A stretch of DNA of 64,000 nt from Solirubrobacteraceae bacterium (GCA_035938095.1 DASZHF010000126.1:4264-68263); one strand, 5' to 3'. Numbered from the stretch's first letter, positions 1-8,951 are shown. Notes: a model not told the origin generated them from the letters alone. Numbers and translations are program-made.

Positions 1-259
1 AGTTGTAGCCCGGCCCGTCGTACGTCGTCCCGCTGCCCCGACCATACGGACTGAACTCGACGATGACCGGACGCGCCCCCAGCGGCGCCTCGCCGGTGAC
101 GGTGGCCTGCAGGGTCACGCCGTCTGACATGGGCACACGCGTGTCGAGCGTCGCGCCGTCCGCCGGTCCAGCCAACTTCAATGCGAAGGCCGTCAGGACC
201 GAGGCGGCCAGGCACGCCCTGACCAGGCGCCGGCATCCGTTACCGCGCGCGCGGACCAC
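1..259 (-). CDS. Partial (N-terminal part only) secreted CocE/NonD (X-Pro dipeptidyl-peptidase S15)-like hydrolase; runs off the window start
   Basis: Not in the ORF track because it has no stop in the window. Reverse translation gives VVRARGNGCRRLVRACLAASVLTAFALKLAGPADG (signal-peptide-like). This is followed by ATLDTRVPMSDGVTLQATVTGEAPLGARPVIVEFSPYG, the usual N-terminal pattern of CocE/NonD hydrolases. The GTG start at 257..259 is a guess. Confidence 0.4.
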   Translation of the reverse strand, partial: MVRARGNGCRRLVRACLAASVLTAFALKLAGPADGATLDTRVPMSDGVTLQATVTGEAPLGARPVIVEFSPYGRGSGTTYDGPGYN

Positions 260-407
260 GATCCCTCGAGCAGCCAACCACTGGGCACGGGAGACCACGC
301 GAAAGGTCGGGGCTCTCCCTCCCCCAAGCACCTACGTCAGCCAACCAACGTGGCCGTGTGACGAACACTGGTGTTCCTAACTCTATTGGATCGCGTACGA
401 TCCCGCG

Positions 408-1109
408 ATGATGCCCAGTCCCGCGCTCGACGTGCACCGATCGTCTGGTTCGGCCGCGCCCGTCGCCGATCTCGGGACGCTCCCACGTGGACCGCACAAG
501 CTCTCCCGCGAGGACGTCATCCATTCCCAGCGAAGCCGCCTCATGCGCGCGATGGCCGAAGCGATGGCAGAGCGCGGTTACGTGCATACCACGGTCGCCG
601 ATGTACTGCGTCGCGCGCGGGTCTCGCGCGAGACCTTCTACCAGCAGTTCTCGTCTAAGCAGAACTGCTTCATCGCCGTTTACGAACAATCGGCCGGGAT
701 GATCCTCGCCAACCTCGAGCAGGAGGCGGCAGCCCCGGGGACGTCGCTAGAGCGCTTCGACCGCGCGATCGGCGCCTACCTGGACGCGCTCGCCGCCGAA
801 CCCGCGTTCGCCCGTCTGTTCATGGTCGAGGTCTACTCCGCCGGCGCCGAGGCGCTGGAACGCAGGGCGGAGATCCAGCAACGGTTCACACAGCTGATGA
901 TCCAGGTCGCCGGCGCTCGTGGTCCGCGCGAGCGATTCGCCTGCGAGATGCTCGTCGCGGCGATCACGACGCTCGTCACCATGCGCCTGGCCGTGAACGA
1001 CGTCGGAGGCGTGAAGGCCCTGCGCGCACCACTCACCGGCCTCGTCCGCGAAGCTCTGTCAGGCATCGAGGTGCATAAGACTCAGGGGACATGCAGCGAC
1101 CGGGCATGA
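408..1109 (+). CDS. TetR/AcrR family transcriptional regulator
   Basis: 233-aa ORF. N-terminal HTH region RSRLMRAMAEAMAERGYVHTTVADVLRRARVSRETFYQQFSSKQNC is typical of TetR. Confidence 0.9.
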   Translation: MMPSPALDVHRSSGSAAPVADLGTLPRGPHKLSREDVIHSQRSRLMRAMAEAMAERGYVHTTVADVLRRARVSRETFYQQFSSKQNCFIAVYEQSAGMILANLEQEAAAPGTSLERFDRAIGAYLDALAAEPAFARLFMVEVYSAGAEALERRAEIQQRFTQLMIQVAGARGPRERFACEMLVAAITTLVTMRLAVNDVGGVKALRAPLTGLVREALSGIEVHKTQGTCSDRA

Positions 1110-1753
1110 CAACCGCGGAACCGGATGCCGGGCGGGAGCCGTCGGACGAGGCTCCGCGCATCGCACCCGGAACGGCAGCCGATGTCGGACGCGTGAACTA
1201 CATGCTCGCGCGCGCGATCGGGGCGGCGGGGGGCGGCGGACCACCCCACCTGTTTACGACGCTCGCCCGCCATCGACGTCTGTTCCGCCGCTGGCTGGGG
1301 TTTGCCGGCGCGCTGATGCCGGGCGGCCTGCTGCCGCGGGCCGACACCGAGCTGGTGATCCTGCGGGTCGCCCACGACACCGGGTGCGAGTACGAATGGC
1401 GCCACCACGAGCGCCTCGCGCTGACCGCCGGACTGAGCGCCGAGGAGGTGCAGCGGGTCCGCGAAGGAAACGAAGCACCGGGATGGTCGGGGCGCCAGCA
1501 GCTGCTCCTTCGCGCTGCCGACGAGCTCCACGCTGAGCGCAGCATCTCCTCCGCGCTGTGGAGCGAGCTGCGGGAGCTTATGAGCGACGCCGAGCTGATC
1601 GAGCTGTGTTTGCTGATCGGGCACTACGAGATGCTCGCAATGACACTGAAGTCGCTGCGCATCGAGCCCGATTCCCTGCCCGACGAACCGCCGCGCCTGT
1701 CCAGAGCGCTGCAGTTGGTCGTCGCTCGGCGCCAGCGGAAGAGGCGCGAGTGA
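1106..1753 (+). CDS. Carboxymuconolactone decarboxylase (AhpD-like) family protein
   Basis: Track ORF is 1091..1753. The ATG at 1106 overlaps the TetR stop (ATGA), so it is preferred. Core RVAHDTGCEYEWRHHERLALTAGLSAEEV is CMD/AhpD-like. Confidence 0.75.
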   Translation: MTTAEPDAGREPSDEAPRIAPGTAADVGRVNYMLARAIGAAGGGGPPHLFTTLARHRRLFRRWLGFAGALMPGGLLPRADTELVILRVAHDTGCEYEWRHHERLALTAGLSAEEVQRVREGNEAPGWSGRQQLLLRAADELHAERSISSALWSELRELMSDAELIELCLLIGHYEMLAMTLKSLRIEPDSLPDEPPRLSRALQLVVARRQRKRRE

Positions 1754-2607
1754 GGCGCGGGGAGGCCGACCTCGCCGGAAAGCGGGCTCTGATCACGGGC
1801 TCGGCGCGCGGGATCGGCGCGCTGCTCGCGCACCGTCTCCACGAGAGCGGCGTCCGGGTCGCGCTGCTGGGACTCGAGCCCGCTCTGCTGGCGGACGTGG
1901 CCGCGCACTGCGGCGACGCTCCCTGGTATCAGTGCGACGTCGCGAGCCGCGAACAGGTCGACGCCGCCGTGACCGACGCGGTCGCTCGTCTGGGCGGACT
2001 CGACCTGGCCGTGGCCAATGCGGGCGTCGGCGCTCAGATGACGCTGATCGGGGGCGACCCCGCGATCTGGGATGCCACCCTCGCGGTCAACCTCACCGGC
2101 ACGTACAACGTCGTCCGCGCGGCAGGACCCCACGTGTCCCATCCGGAGGGCTACTTTCTGCTCACCGCGTCGCTCGCCGCCGCCGTGCACCTGCCGCTGA
2201 TGTCCGCCTACTGCGCCTCGAAGGCCGGTGTCGAGTCGCTCGGTGACTCGCTGCGCATCGAGCTCGCTCCCAGCGGAGCGCGAGTCGGTGTCGCCTATTA
2301 CGCAGAGCTCGACACCGACATGACTTCGCGGGGTTTCGCCACCAAGGCCGCCGCCCGCACCCCCCTGGGAGGACGCCGCCGCCTCCCTGTCTCCCCCGTC
2401 GAGCCGGCGATCGACGCTCTCGAGCGGGGCATCCGCCGCCGCTCACGAAGGATCGTCTCGCCGAGATGGGTCGGCGCCGTGCTCCCCATCCGGATGCTCG
2501 CCCAACGGGTGGTCGAGCGTCAGATCAAGCCCGGACTCGGGGAGACCCTCGAGGTCGCCCGGGGCGAGGAGCCAGAGCTCACCACGGCTCAGCCGCGGGA
2601 AGACTGA
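1750..2607 (+). CDS. Short-chain dehydrogenase/reductase (SDR)
   Basis: TGSARGIGA nucleotide-binding motif and YCASKAG (YxxxK) catalytic motif. GTG at 1750 overlaps the upstream stop (GTGA). The 1558 start in the track overlaps the previous gene and is unlikely. Confidence 0.88.
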   Translation: MRRGEADLAGKRALITGSARGIGALLAHRLHESGVRVALLGLEPALLADVAAHCGDAPWYQCDVASREQVDAAVTDAVARLGGLDLAVANAGVGAQMTLIGGDPAIWDATLAVNLTGTYNVVRAAGPHVSHPEGYFLLTASLAAAVHLPLMSAYCASKAGVESLGDSLRIELAPSGARVGVAYYAELDTDMTSRGFATKAAARTPLGGRRRLPVSPVEPAIDALERGIRRRSRRIVSPRWVGAVLPIRMLAQRVVERQIKPGLGETLEVARGEEPELTTAQPRED

Positions 2608-2645
2608 CCCTTCTGGTCAGGCGAGACGTCCCCGCTCCGGTACCG

Positions 2646-3362
2646 TCAGCCCGCCGCTTCCAGTTCACTGCGCAGCACCACACCCATCAGCCGACCCTCG
2701 GGGGTGCTGACGATCGCCGTATTCAGGTCCCGCTCGGCCAGCCGGGCGGCCAAATCGCGAGCAAGAGTGTCCGCCCGCACCGTCGACGGCCCCGGCTCCA
2801 TCACCGCCTCGGCTGGCGCCTCCGCCGGCGCGGTGCGCATAACGCTGCTCCGCAGGCGACCAAGGATGACGCCGCCCTCCGTGGTCACCAACGCGAAGCC
2901 ATAGGGAGAGGACTCAACCTGCTTCCGGACCTCGCCGACGGGATCGCGGAGGCGGGAGGTGATCGCGTCGTCGTGCGCTAGGGCACCCGCCGTCGCCAGG
3001 GCCGCGTGCTCGCCTTCGATGGGTAAGCCGTGCGCGCGCCAGTCGGCCTTACCGGGCACGTAGTGGTAGACCTCGGCGAAGCCCAGCGTCTCGAGCCGAC
3101 ACGCGGCTCGCGGGCTCAAGTCTCAGAGGTAGTCGTGGCAGTAGACCACGACGGCCCGGGCCCGATCCAGTACCGCCGTCGTGTCGCCGTCGAGCGCCTT
3201 GAGGGGAATGTTGATCGCGCCGGGCAGGTGTGACTCGCGGTACTCGCGCTCCGGTAGGACATCGACCAGCTGCACGCCGGCACCTATCAGACGCTGTAGC
3301 ACGTCGAGCTCGATGCGAGTGAGGGTCACCGCCTGCTGATCGTAGAGCAGGTCGCCGAACAA
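2646..3362 (-). CDS. Rhodanese domain plus CBS-pair protein interrupted by one in-frame TGA (3123..3125); selenocysteine candidate or pseudogene
   Basis: Track ORFs 3123..3362 and 2646..3119 are in the same frame, separated only by TGA and GAC. Joined, they give one continuous rhodanese domain followed by a CBS pair. The junction reads HLPGAINIPL...VVVYCHDYL-[TGA]-DLSPRAACRLETLGFAEVYHYVPGKADWRAHGLPIEG. Confidence 0.8.
3080..3116 (-). promoter_or_regulatory. Hairpin starting 6 nt downstream of the in-frame UGA (candidate bacterial SECIS)
   Basis: mRNA sense is UGA GACUUG AGCCC G CGAGCCG CGUGU CGGCUCG AGACGCU GGGCU. This gives a 7-bp upper stem (3092..3098 with 3104..3110), a 5-nt loop and a 5-bp lower stem (3080..3084 with 3112..3116). 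Confidence 0.3.
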
Positions 3363-3504
3363 GTCGAGAACCGCCTCACCCCTGCTCCGCGCTCCCCGGG
3401 AAACCCCCGGTGTTGGCGATTGTTGACACTTGGATGAAGAACTCTCCAGCTTTGATTCCTCCTTTTCGGTTTAGTGAGTTTCGGTTGAGCATCACCATGC
3501 TGGT

Positions 3505-3975
3505 GTGCCACCAGGACCCGCCAGTGAGAATCGGTCGTCCCCGCACGGCTCGGTTAGTCCGTGGCTCACCCGGGTGGCCAAGGCGCTCTCACACCCGACA
3601 CGGATCGCGGTACTCCAGGCCCTCGTCAAGGGCCGAACCAGCCCTAGCAACGTGGCGTCAGCGGCTTCGGCCAGCATCGAAGTGGTCGCGTATCACGTGC
3701 GCGAGCTGCAGTCGGCGGGCCTGATCGCGGTGGCCGCGACCCAGCCCGTGCGAGGAGCCGTCGAGCACTTCTATGAGCTGACCGAGGACGGCCGCGCGGT
3801 GCTGGGCGCCCTTGAAGCTGTGCTCCGCCTCGAACCCACCCAGCGCACCAGGGACAACACGGCGCGATCGGGCCGGGCCAAGGACAACGCGTCAGGATCG
3901 CGCCGGGCCAAGGACAACGCGTCACGATCGGGCCGCGCTGGAAGAGCATCACCCCGGCGCCGCCGGCGCCCATGA
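3505..3975 (+). CDS. ArsR-family winged-helix transcriptional regulator with repetitive C-terminal tail
   Basis: LSHPTRIAVLQALVKGRTSPSNVASAASASIEVVAYHVRELQSAGLIAV...RGAVEHFYELT. Start is uncertain (GTG 3505 or GTG 3574). Paralogous to 40039..40491. Confidence 0.8.
   Translation: MPPGPASENRSSPHGSVSPWLTRVAKALSHPTRIAVLQALVKGRTSPSNVASAASASIEVVAYHVRELQSAGLIAVAATQPVRGAVEHFYELTEDGRAVLGALEAVLRLEPTQRTRDNTARSGRAKDNASGSRRAKDNASRSGRAGRASPRRRRRP
3866..3938 (+). repeat. 30-bp in-frame tandem repeat, about 2.4 copies, in the ArsR 3' end
   Basis: gatcgggccgggccaaggacaacgcgtcag, then gatcgcgccgggccaaggacaacgcgtcac, then a partial third copy. Encodes RSGRAKDNAS/GSRRAKDNAS. Confidence 0.9.
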
Positions 3976-4062
3976 GACGTTGACGCTGTGAGCGCGACCG
4001 CCCGCTGAGAAGACCATCGTGCGTGGCAGGCGCCCGGTAGCGACCCCGCACTGCCGCGGACC

Positions 4063-4102
4063 TCTTACGCGCCTGTCACCACCAGCTTCCGGGCCTCTTC
4101 CC
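4063..4102 (+). promoter_or_regulatory. Degenerate TCTTACC-type phased repeats upstream of 4125
   Basis: TCTTACG (4063), TGTCACC (4074, +11 nt) and TCTTCCC (4096, +33 nt), lying 23 to 62 nt upstream of the GTG start. Weaker than the other sites. Confidence 0.25.
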
Positions 4103-4124
4103 GGACTGAGCGACGGTCACCGCC

Positions 4125-5360
4125 GTGCGCGCACACCGTCGTCCCGGCGGGTTCGGGTCTCATCGCATCGCCCGCACTGGCGGCCTGGCGCTGCTGTCGG
4201 CTGCGTTGCTCCTGACGATCGTGCCGGCGCCGGCCGGCGCGGACGCACGCGCATACGGCGCCGATTACCCGAGGTCCTCGCACCAACGCCGAATTGGCGC
4301 GAGGCGCGCCCGACGCTTGCACCGCCACGGCACGAGCGCAGCCTGGGAGAGGTCTCGCGCCTCTGTGCGAGTGTCCTGGCGGGGCTGGGGGTCATCGACT
4401 CCGCGAGCGCTCGGTGTTGGATCGCCGGCTATTGGAGAGCTCCCCGGGGCACCAGGCCCAGGCCCGCCCATCGTACGGCCGTTCGCGCCGAATTCCTTCT
4501 GGAACGCGCCGCTGTCAAATAACTCGACGCTGGATCCGAACTCGTCCGTCTACGTCGCCGACCTGGTGCGTCAGGTGAGGCTGTATGGGACGTGGATGAA
4601 CACCGATAAGTGGAGCGTTCCCGTCTACACCGTCCCGGCGGACCAGCCGCGAATGCCCGTGACGCTCGACGACCCCGGCTCGGATCCCCAGCTGGCGGAC
4701 GCCTTCGAGCAGGTGCCCGTCCCAGCGGGCGCGCGGCCAGCCGACGGGACCGACCACCAGCTCGTGATCTGGCAGCCGGCGACCGACACGATGTGGGAGT
4801 TCTGGATCATGCGTCAGGACGCCGGGGTGTGGAAGGCGCGCTACGGCGGCCGGATGTCGAACGTCTCCACTAACCCCGGCTACTTCGACGATCCCCCCCG
4901 CTGGGGAGCCACGGCCACGAGCATTCCCCTCCTCGGGGGTTTGGTCCGCGTCAGCGAGCTGAACGCCGGGCACATCGACCACGCGCTCGCGCTGGCCGTT
5001 CCCGAGCCTCGACAGGGCAGCTACTCCTGGCCCGCCCAGCGCACCGACGGGACCGCTCCCCAGCCGCAAGCGATCCCCGAGGGCGCCCGGTTTCGCCTCG
5101 ACCCGAATTTGAACATCGACGCGCTCGGGCTGCCCCCGCTGACCCGCATGCTCGCCCTGGCCGCCCAGCGGTACGGCATCGTCGTCCGCGACAGGGGTGG
5201 GTGCGTCGCGTTCTATGGAGAAGACCCCAACCCCCTCGGCTACAACCCTTGGACAGCGCCGGGCGGACCCTTCGACCACACGATGCCCAGCGCGGCCCTC
5301 ACCAAGTTCCCCTGGAACTCACTCCAGGCGCTGCAGACCGACATGCATTCGAGCACCTGA
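4125..5360 (+). CDS. Secreted protein of unknown function, divergent member (A) of a three-paralog family
   Basis: Signal peptide GGLALLSAALLLTIVPAPAGADA. The C-terminal 300 aa align by eye with 26232..27707 and 40608..41717. Shared blocks are DxH(L/Q)xV...WE(F/Y)W, xGxI(D/N)HAL, PEGxRF(R/Q)L and YG(I/M)xVxDxGG. Confidence 0.8.
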   Translation: MRAHRRPGGFGSHRIARTGGLALLSAALLLTIVPAPAGADARAYGADYPRSSHQRRIGARRARRLHRHGTSAAWERSRASVRVSWRGWGSSTPRALGVGSPAIGELPGAPGPGPPIVRPFAPNSFWNAPLSNNSTLDPNSSVYVADLVRQVRLYGTWMNTDKWSVPVYTVPADQPRMPVTLDDPGSDPQLADAFEQVPVPAGARPADGTDHQLVIWQPATDTMWEFWIMRQDAGVWKARYGGRMSNVSTNPGYFDDPPRWGATATSIPLLGGLVRVSELNAGHIDHALALAVPEPRQGSYSWPAQRTDGTAPQPQAIPEGARFRLDPNLNIDALGLPPLTRMLALAAQRYGIVVRDRGGCVAFYGEDPNPLGYNPWTAPGGPFDHTMPSAALTKFPWNSLQALQTDMHSST

Positions 5361-5394
5361 GCCTGCCTACACATCGCTCACCGGCGCACATCGC

Positions 5395-6102
5395 TCACCG
5401 GCGCGTGGCGTAGGACCTCGCGAATTCCCGGGTGGTGTATGTCCCGAACTCCTGGGTGAAAGTGCCACCCGGCTGCCCGCTCGAGAGGCTCGCGGGAACG
5501 GCTGGCGCGACGCCCAGGCCGGTCTGGCGGTACCTGGGGTCGAGGATGTTGGCGCGATGCCCGGGCGAGCGCATCCAGGCCGCAACGATCTCCGCCGGGG
5601 TCGACAGCTCGAGGGTGCCCCACGCGAGGTTCTCGCCGATCGTGTATGCCGAGTCCGGCGGGACGTAGCCAGTGTTGAGCACGTTCGCCGCAGCCGTCTC
5701 GCCCGACGGGCTCGTGTGATCGAAGTAGTCGGCTTGGATCATGTCGGTCGAGTGGTGATCCGCCGCGGCCTGCAGGTGGTACTCGGCGGTGAGCGCGTTG
5801 AGACCGACCTTGGCGCGCTCCTGGTTGATCAGGCACACGGTTGCGCTCTCGATTGCCGCGACGTTCTGCGGAGCAGGGCGCAGGTCGGTGTTCTGGCAGG
5901 GCACCCTCAGGTCAGCCGGAGGAGCCGCCGGCGGTGAGTACCCGATGAAGAGACGATGGTGATGCCGCCCAACCCGAGCGGCGTCCGCGGGTCGGGCCTC
6001 GTTCTGCGGGCCGGCGCGGGGCGTGGCGACCGCTACCGCCGATCCCAACATCGTGAACACAGCCATGGTGGCGAACACGACCAGCCGGCGAGCTGACTGC
6101 AC
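5395..6102 (-). CDS. Secreted CAP (SCP/PR-1-like) domain protein
   Basis: Signal peptide, then CLINQERAKVGLNAL...HSTDMIQADYFDHTSPSGE...ENLAWG...AWMRSPGHRANIL, the CAP-domain signature. Confidence 0.85.
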   Translation of the reverse strand: MQSARRLVVFATMAVFTMLGSAVAVATPRAGPQNEARPADAARVGRHHHRLFIGYSPPAAPPADLRVPCQNTDLRPAPQNVAAIESATVCLINQERAKVGLNALTAEYHLQAAADHHSTDMIQADYFDHTSPSGETAAANVLNTGYVPPDSAYTIGENLAWGTLELSTPAEIVAAWMRSPGHRANILDPRYRQTGLGVAPAVPASLSSGQPGGTFTQEFGTYTTREFARSYATRR

Positions 6103-6117
6103 CGGAGTCTCCCTTCC

Positions 6118-7656
6118 CTAGCGGCTGCCGACGCCGACCGGCCGCGCGCCATTGACAGAGCTGGCCCGGCCGTTGCTGCTCGGGTAGTCGTGGTAGTAGC
6201 CACCGACGCCGGAATCCCGCACGCCGGTCGCGACCACGCCGAGGGTGACGCCGCGCGCAGCCTGGACCGTCGTGAGCAGCCGTCTGAACGCGTCTCGTCG
6301 CGTGACGTTGACTCGCCCCAGCAAAAGGACGCCGGAGACCTGGTCGAGCAGGGGTATCGCGTCGCTCACGGCGAGCATGGGACTCGTGTCTATTACGACG
6401 ATGTCCGACATCTGCTCCAGTCGTTGCAGCAGCTCGCGCATGCGGCGGGAATTGAGCAGCTCGGACGGGTTCGGCGGCGCTGTGCTCGAGGGCATCACGC
6501 GCAGGCGTCCATCGCCCACCGGCACCTCGACCTCGGCGAGGACCTCCTCCAGCGTCGCTTCGCCCACGAGGACGTTGCCCATCCCGCCGCTCGTCCTCAA
6601 CTCCAGGCGCTCCGCGATCTGCGGTTTGCGCAGATCGGCATCGACGAGCACAACGTTCTTGCCCCCCCGGGCGAGCGCTCGAGCCAGGTTGATCGCTACG
6701 GTCGTCTTGCCATCGTCGCGGGCCGGGCTGGTCACCAGGACGCTCGATACGACGCGATCGATGTTGAAGTACATCAGCGCCGCGCGCAGCGTTTGGAAGG
6801 CTTCGAAGGCTCGCGCCGGAGCGTTCCGGGGCTGGGCGAAGGCCGACTTGGGGATCGTGGCCAGGAGTGGTCGCCCGGTCAGCTCCTCGAGCTCCTCCTG
6901 ACGGCGAACGCGCCGATCGAGATTCTGGGCGAGGGCCACGAGACCGCCGCCGATGAGCACGGCCACCACGAGAGCCAGCAGCGCGCTCCGAGTGGGTCTT
7001 GGCGAGACGGGCTGGCCGGAGGCGATGGCAGGTTCCACCACCGCGGCGTTGCTTCCCTGAGCGGCGAGCAGGGCGCGAAAGCGCTGCAGCTGGGCCGATA
7101 GCTGCTGGCGCTGGACGGAGTCTGATCGTCGGACGCTGTCAAGTTGCTGACGCAGGGCGATGATCGTTTGATGCACCTGACCGCGCGCAGCTCGAACCCG
7201 GCCTGCGACTACTGCGTTGGCAAAGGCGTTCGCCACCGCCGCCGCGCGAGTGGCCGACGATGCTTGCGCGGTGATCGTGATGAAGCCGATGTCGTCGGCG
7301 GTCGCGGTGATGGTGCCCAGGAGCGCGCGGGGGTTGTGCGGATGTGGGTTGAGCAGTTGAGCGGCGGCCCGTGCCACATCAGTCGTCTGGATCAGCCGAG
7401 CCGCCGTCTGCGTTGCCTGTGGCTGGGTCGGCGGTGGCGTGCCCTGGATCAGCGAGGTGTCCACTGGATCCGCCTGCACGCGCATCAACGCCGAGGCCTG
7501 GTACACCTTCCGGTTAGACGCGGAGAGGTAGTACGCGCCTGCGGGCAGTAGAAGCACGCAGGCCAGGAACAGAAGCTTCCAACGCCAGAACGCCTTGCCC
7601 GTCGCGCGTAGGTCGATGCTGTCGGCCGCCGGGGAATGGGGCGAGCGCGTGCTCAT
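6118..7656 (-). CDS. Polysaccharide chain-length determinant (Wzz) fused to a BY-type tyrosine kinase (CpsD/CapB-like)
   Basis: N-terminal TM plus Wzz-like coiled region. Walker A is VTSPARDDGKTTV, A' is VVLVDADLRKP and Walker B is IVVIDTSP. Short Tyr-containing tail GGYYHDYPSS. The ATG overlaps the upstream stop (ATGA). Confidence 0.9.
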   Translation of the reverse strand: MSTRSPHSPAADSIDLRATGKAFWRWKLLFLACVLLLPAGAYYLSASNRKVYQASALMRVQADPVDTSLIQGTPPPTQPQATQTAARLIQTTDVARAAAQLLNPHPHNPRALLGTITATADDIGFITITAQASSATRAAAVANAFANAVVAGRVRAARGQVHQTIIALRQQLDSVRRSDSVQRQQLSAQLQRFRALLAAQGSNAAVVEPAIASGQPVSPRPTRSALLALVVAVLIGGGLVALAQNLDRRVRRQEELEELTGRPLLATIPKSAFAQPRNAPARAFEAFQTLRAALMYFNIDRVVSSVLVTSPARDDGKTTVAINLARALARGGKNVVLVDADLRKPQIAERLELRTSGGMGNVLVGEATLEEVLAEVEVPVGDGRLRVMPSSTAPPNPSELLNSRRMRELLQRLEQMSDIVVIDTSPMLAVSDAIPLLDQVSGVLLLGRVNVTRRDAFRRLLTTVQAARGVTLGVVATGVRDSGVGGYYHDYPSSNGRASSVNGARPVGVGSR

Positions 7657-8951
7657 GCGCGCGCTGCTGACGTAAGTGCGATTGGACTTGGTGCCGCGGG
7701 CGAGCCGAGCGGGAGCGCTCCGCTTTCGGGGGCTCGTTGCTTCTCAGAGGTCGAGCGCAGGACGACAACCGCGCACAACGCCAGCACGACGACATGCGTT
7801 CGATAGCGGTACGCGGTTCCCGCGTTACCCGCGCTCAGCGCGTACGCGATGAGCATCGCGAAGGCGACATGCAGGAACGGACCGGCGCCCCGGAAGATGT
7901 GACCCCGGCGACGGATGGCCGCCGCTGTTCCGAGGCCCAGCGCCAGCAGTGCGACGAGCGTCCCGAGCACTCCAAGCTGCTGGCTCGTGTTGGCGACCTG
8001 CCACGGATACGGCCTGGTCACGATGTCGGCGATCCGCTGGGGAAGGTTGCCGATTACGGCGCCCCGCGAAGAGAAGTCGACTCGTTCGAGCTTGAGGTTT
8101 GACGCGTCGGATGCGTTGGCATCCTGCGATGACTGGAGATTGGCCTTCAACTGGGCGGGAGTCGTCGCCTGAAGGACGGTCGGCGTGGTGGCGATCGCCA
8201 GACCGGCCACGGCCAGAATGAGCACTCCCGAGCTCGCCCAATTCCGCCCGGAGCCACGCGCCGCGCTATGCAGCGCGATGGCCGCCGCGGCGGCGATCAG
8301 GAACCAGCCCGCGTAACGGCGCGTAGCCACCGCGATCAGGCAACCCGCCGCCATGGGGAGCAGCGAGGTTGGCCGCCCGCGCCGCCACAGCTGCACGCCT
8401 CCGAACACGACCAGGCCCTCGGCCAGGTACATGAGAGGCTCCTTGTGCAGGAGGCTCGAGAAGAAGATGCTGGCGGGCTCGAGCGCCAGCACCCACGCCG
8501 CGATCCGCGCCGCGCGCCGTCCAGCCAGGTCATAGACGGCCGCCGCCATGAGCATCAGCCCGGCCATGGTGATCGTGACCTGGGTGATGCGAAGCGCCAG
8601 CTCGGGCGCGTCAAACGCCCGGATCTGGAGTGCGAACACCCACTTGTAGAGGCTTCCGGTCAGCGCGTCGGTCCACGCTGCGCTGGTAACCGACGTGGCC
8701 GCCAGCGCGTGAGACTGCGATAGGAACGCCAGCTCGTCGCCGCCGCGCAGGCTCTGCGCCAGCGGCGTCAGCGTCACACCGACCGCCGCCAGGACACGCA
8801 CCAGGAATCCCACGAGGAGCGGCGTCGCGATGTTCAGCGACGGGCGCGCGGCGCGCAGACGGTGCAGGAGGAGGTAGCCAGCGTAGGCGGCCAGAAGGAC
8901 GACGAGCAGGACGCACTCGGCGTTGTAGAGGCTGATGTCGTCGAGCCTCAC
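7653..8951 (-). CDS. Polytopic membrane protein, GT-C-like glycosyltransferase or polymerase candidate
   Basis: 432 aa with about 10 or more hydrophobic helices. First loop has an acidic motif RGGDELAF. Start and stop are both coupled to the neighbouring genes (GTGA and ATGA overlaps). Function is inferred only from topology and context. Confidence 0.7.
   Translation of the reverse strand: MRLDDISLYNAECVLLVVLLAAYAGYLLLHRLRAARPSLNIATPLLVGFLVRVLAAVGVTLTPLAQSLRGGDELAFLSQSHALAATSVTSAAWTDALTGSLYKWVFALQIRAFDAPELALRITQVTITMAGLMLMAAAVYDLAGRRAARIAAWVLALEPASIFFSSLLHKEPLMYLAEGLVVFGGVQLWRRGRPTSLLPMAAGCLIAVATRRYAGWFLIAAAAAIALHSAARGSGRNWASSGVLILAVAGLAIATTPTVLQATTPAQLKANLQSSQDANASDASNLKLERVDFSSRGAVIGNLPQRIADIVTRPYPWQVANTSQQLGVLGTLVALLALGLGTAAAIRRRGHIFRGAGPFLHVAFAMLIAYALSAGNAGTAYRYRTHVVVLALCAVVVLRSTSEKQRAPESGALPLGSPAAPSPIALTSAARA

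Noticed and set aside
1558-1749. Upstream extension of the SDR ORF; similar extensions at 13994..14170, 19076..19297, 29565..29705, 45280..45627 and 38130..38243
   Set aside because: Each extension overlaps the preceding gene or has non-protein-like composition. Internal starts give canonical N-termini and often 4-nt start/stop coupling.
3410-3500. TTGACA at 3423..3428 as a -35 element in the rhodanese/ArsR divergent region
   Set aside because: There is no acceptable -10 hexamer at 16 to 18 nt spacing on either strand, so I do not call a promoter.
4125-4480. Possible frameshift in the Arg-rich linker of secreted protein A
   Set aside because: I translated the other two frames and neither matches the N-terminal regions of paralogs B and C any better. 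The signal peptide and the conserved C-terminal domain are in the same frame.
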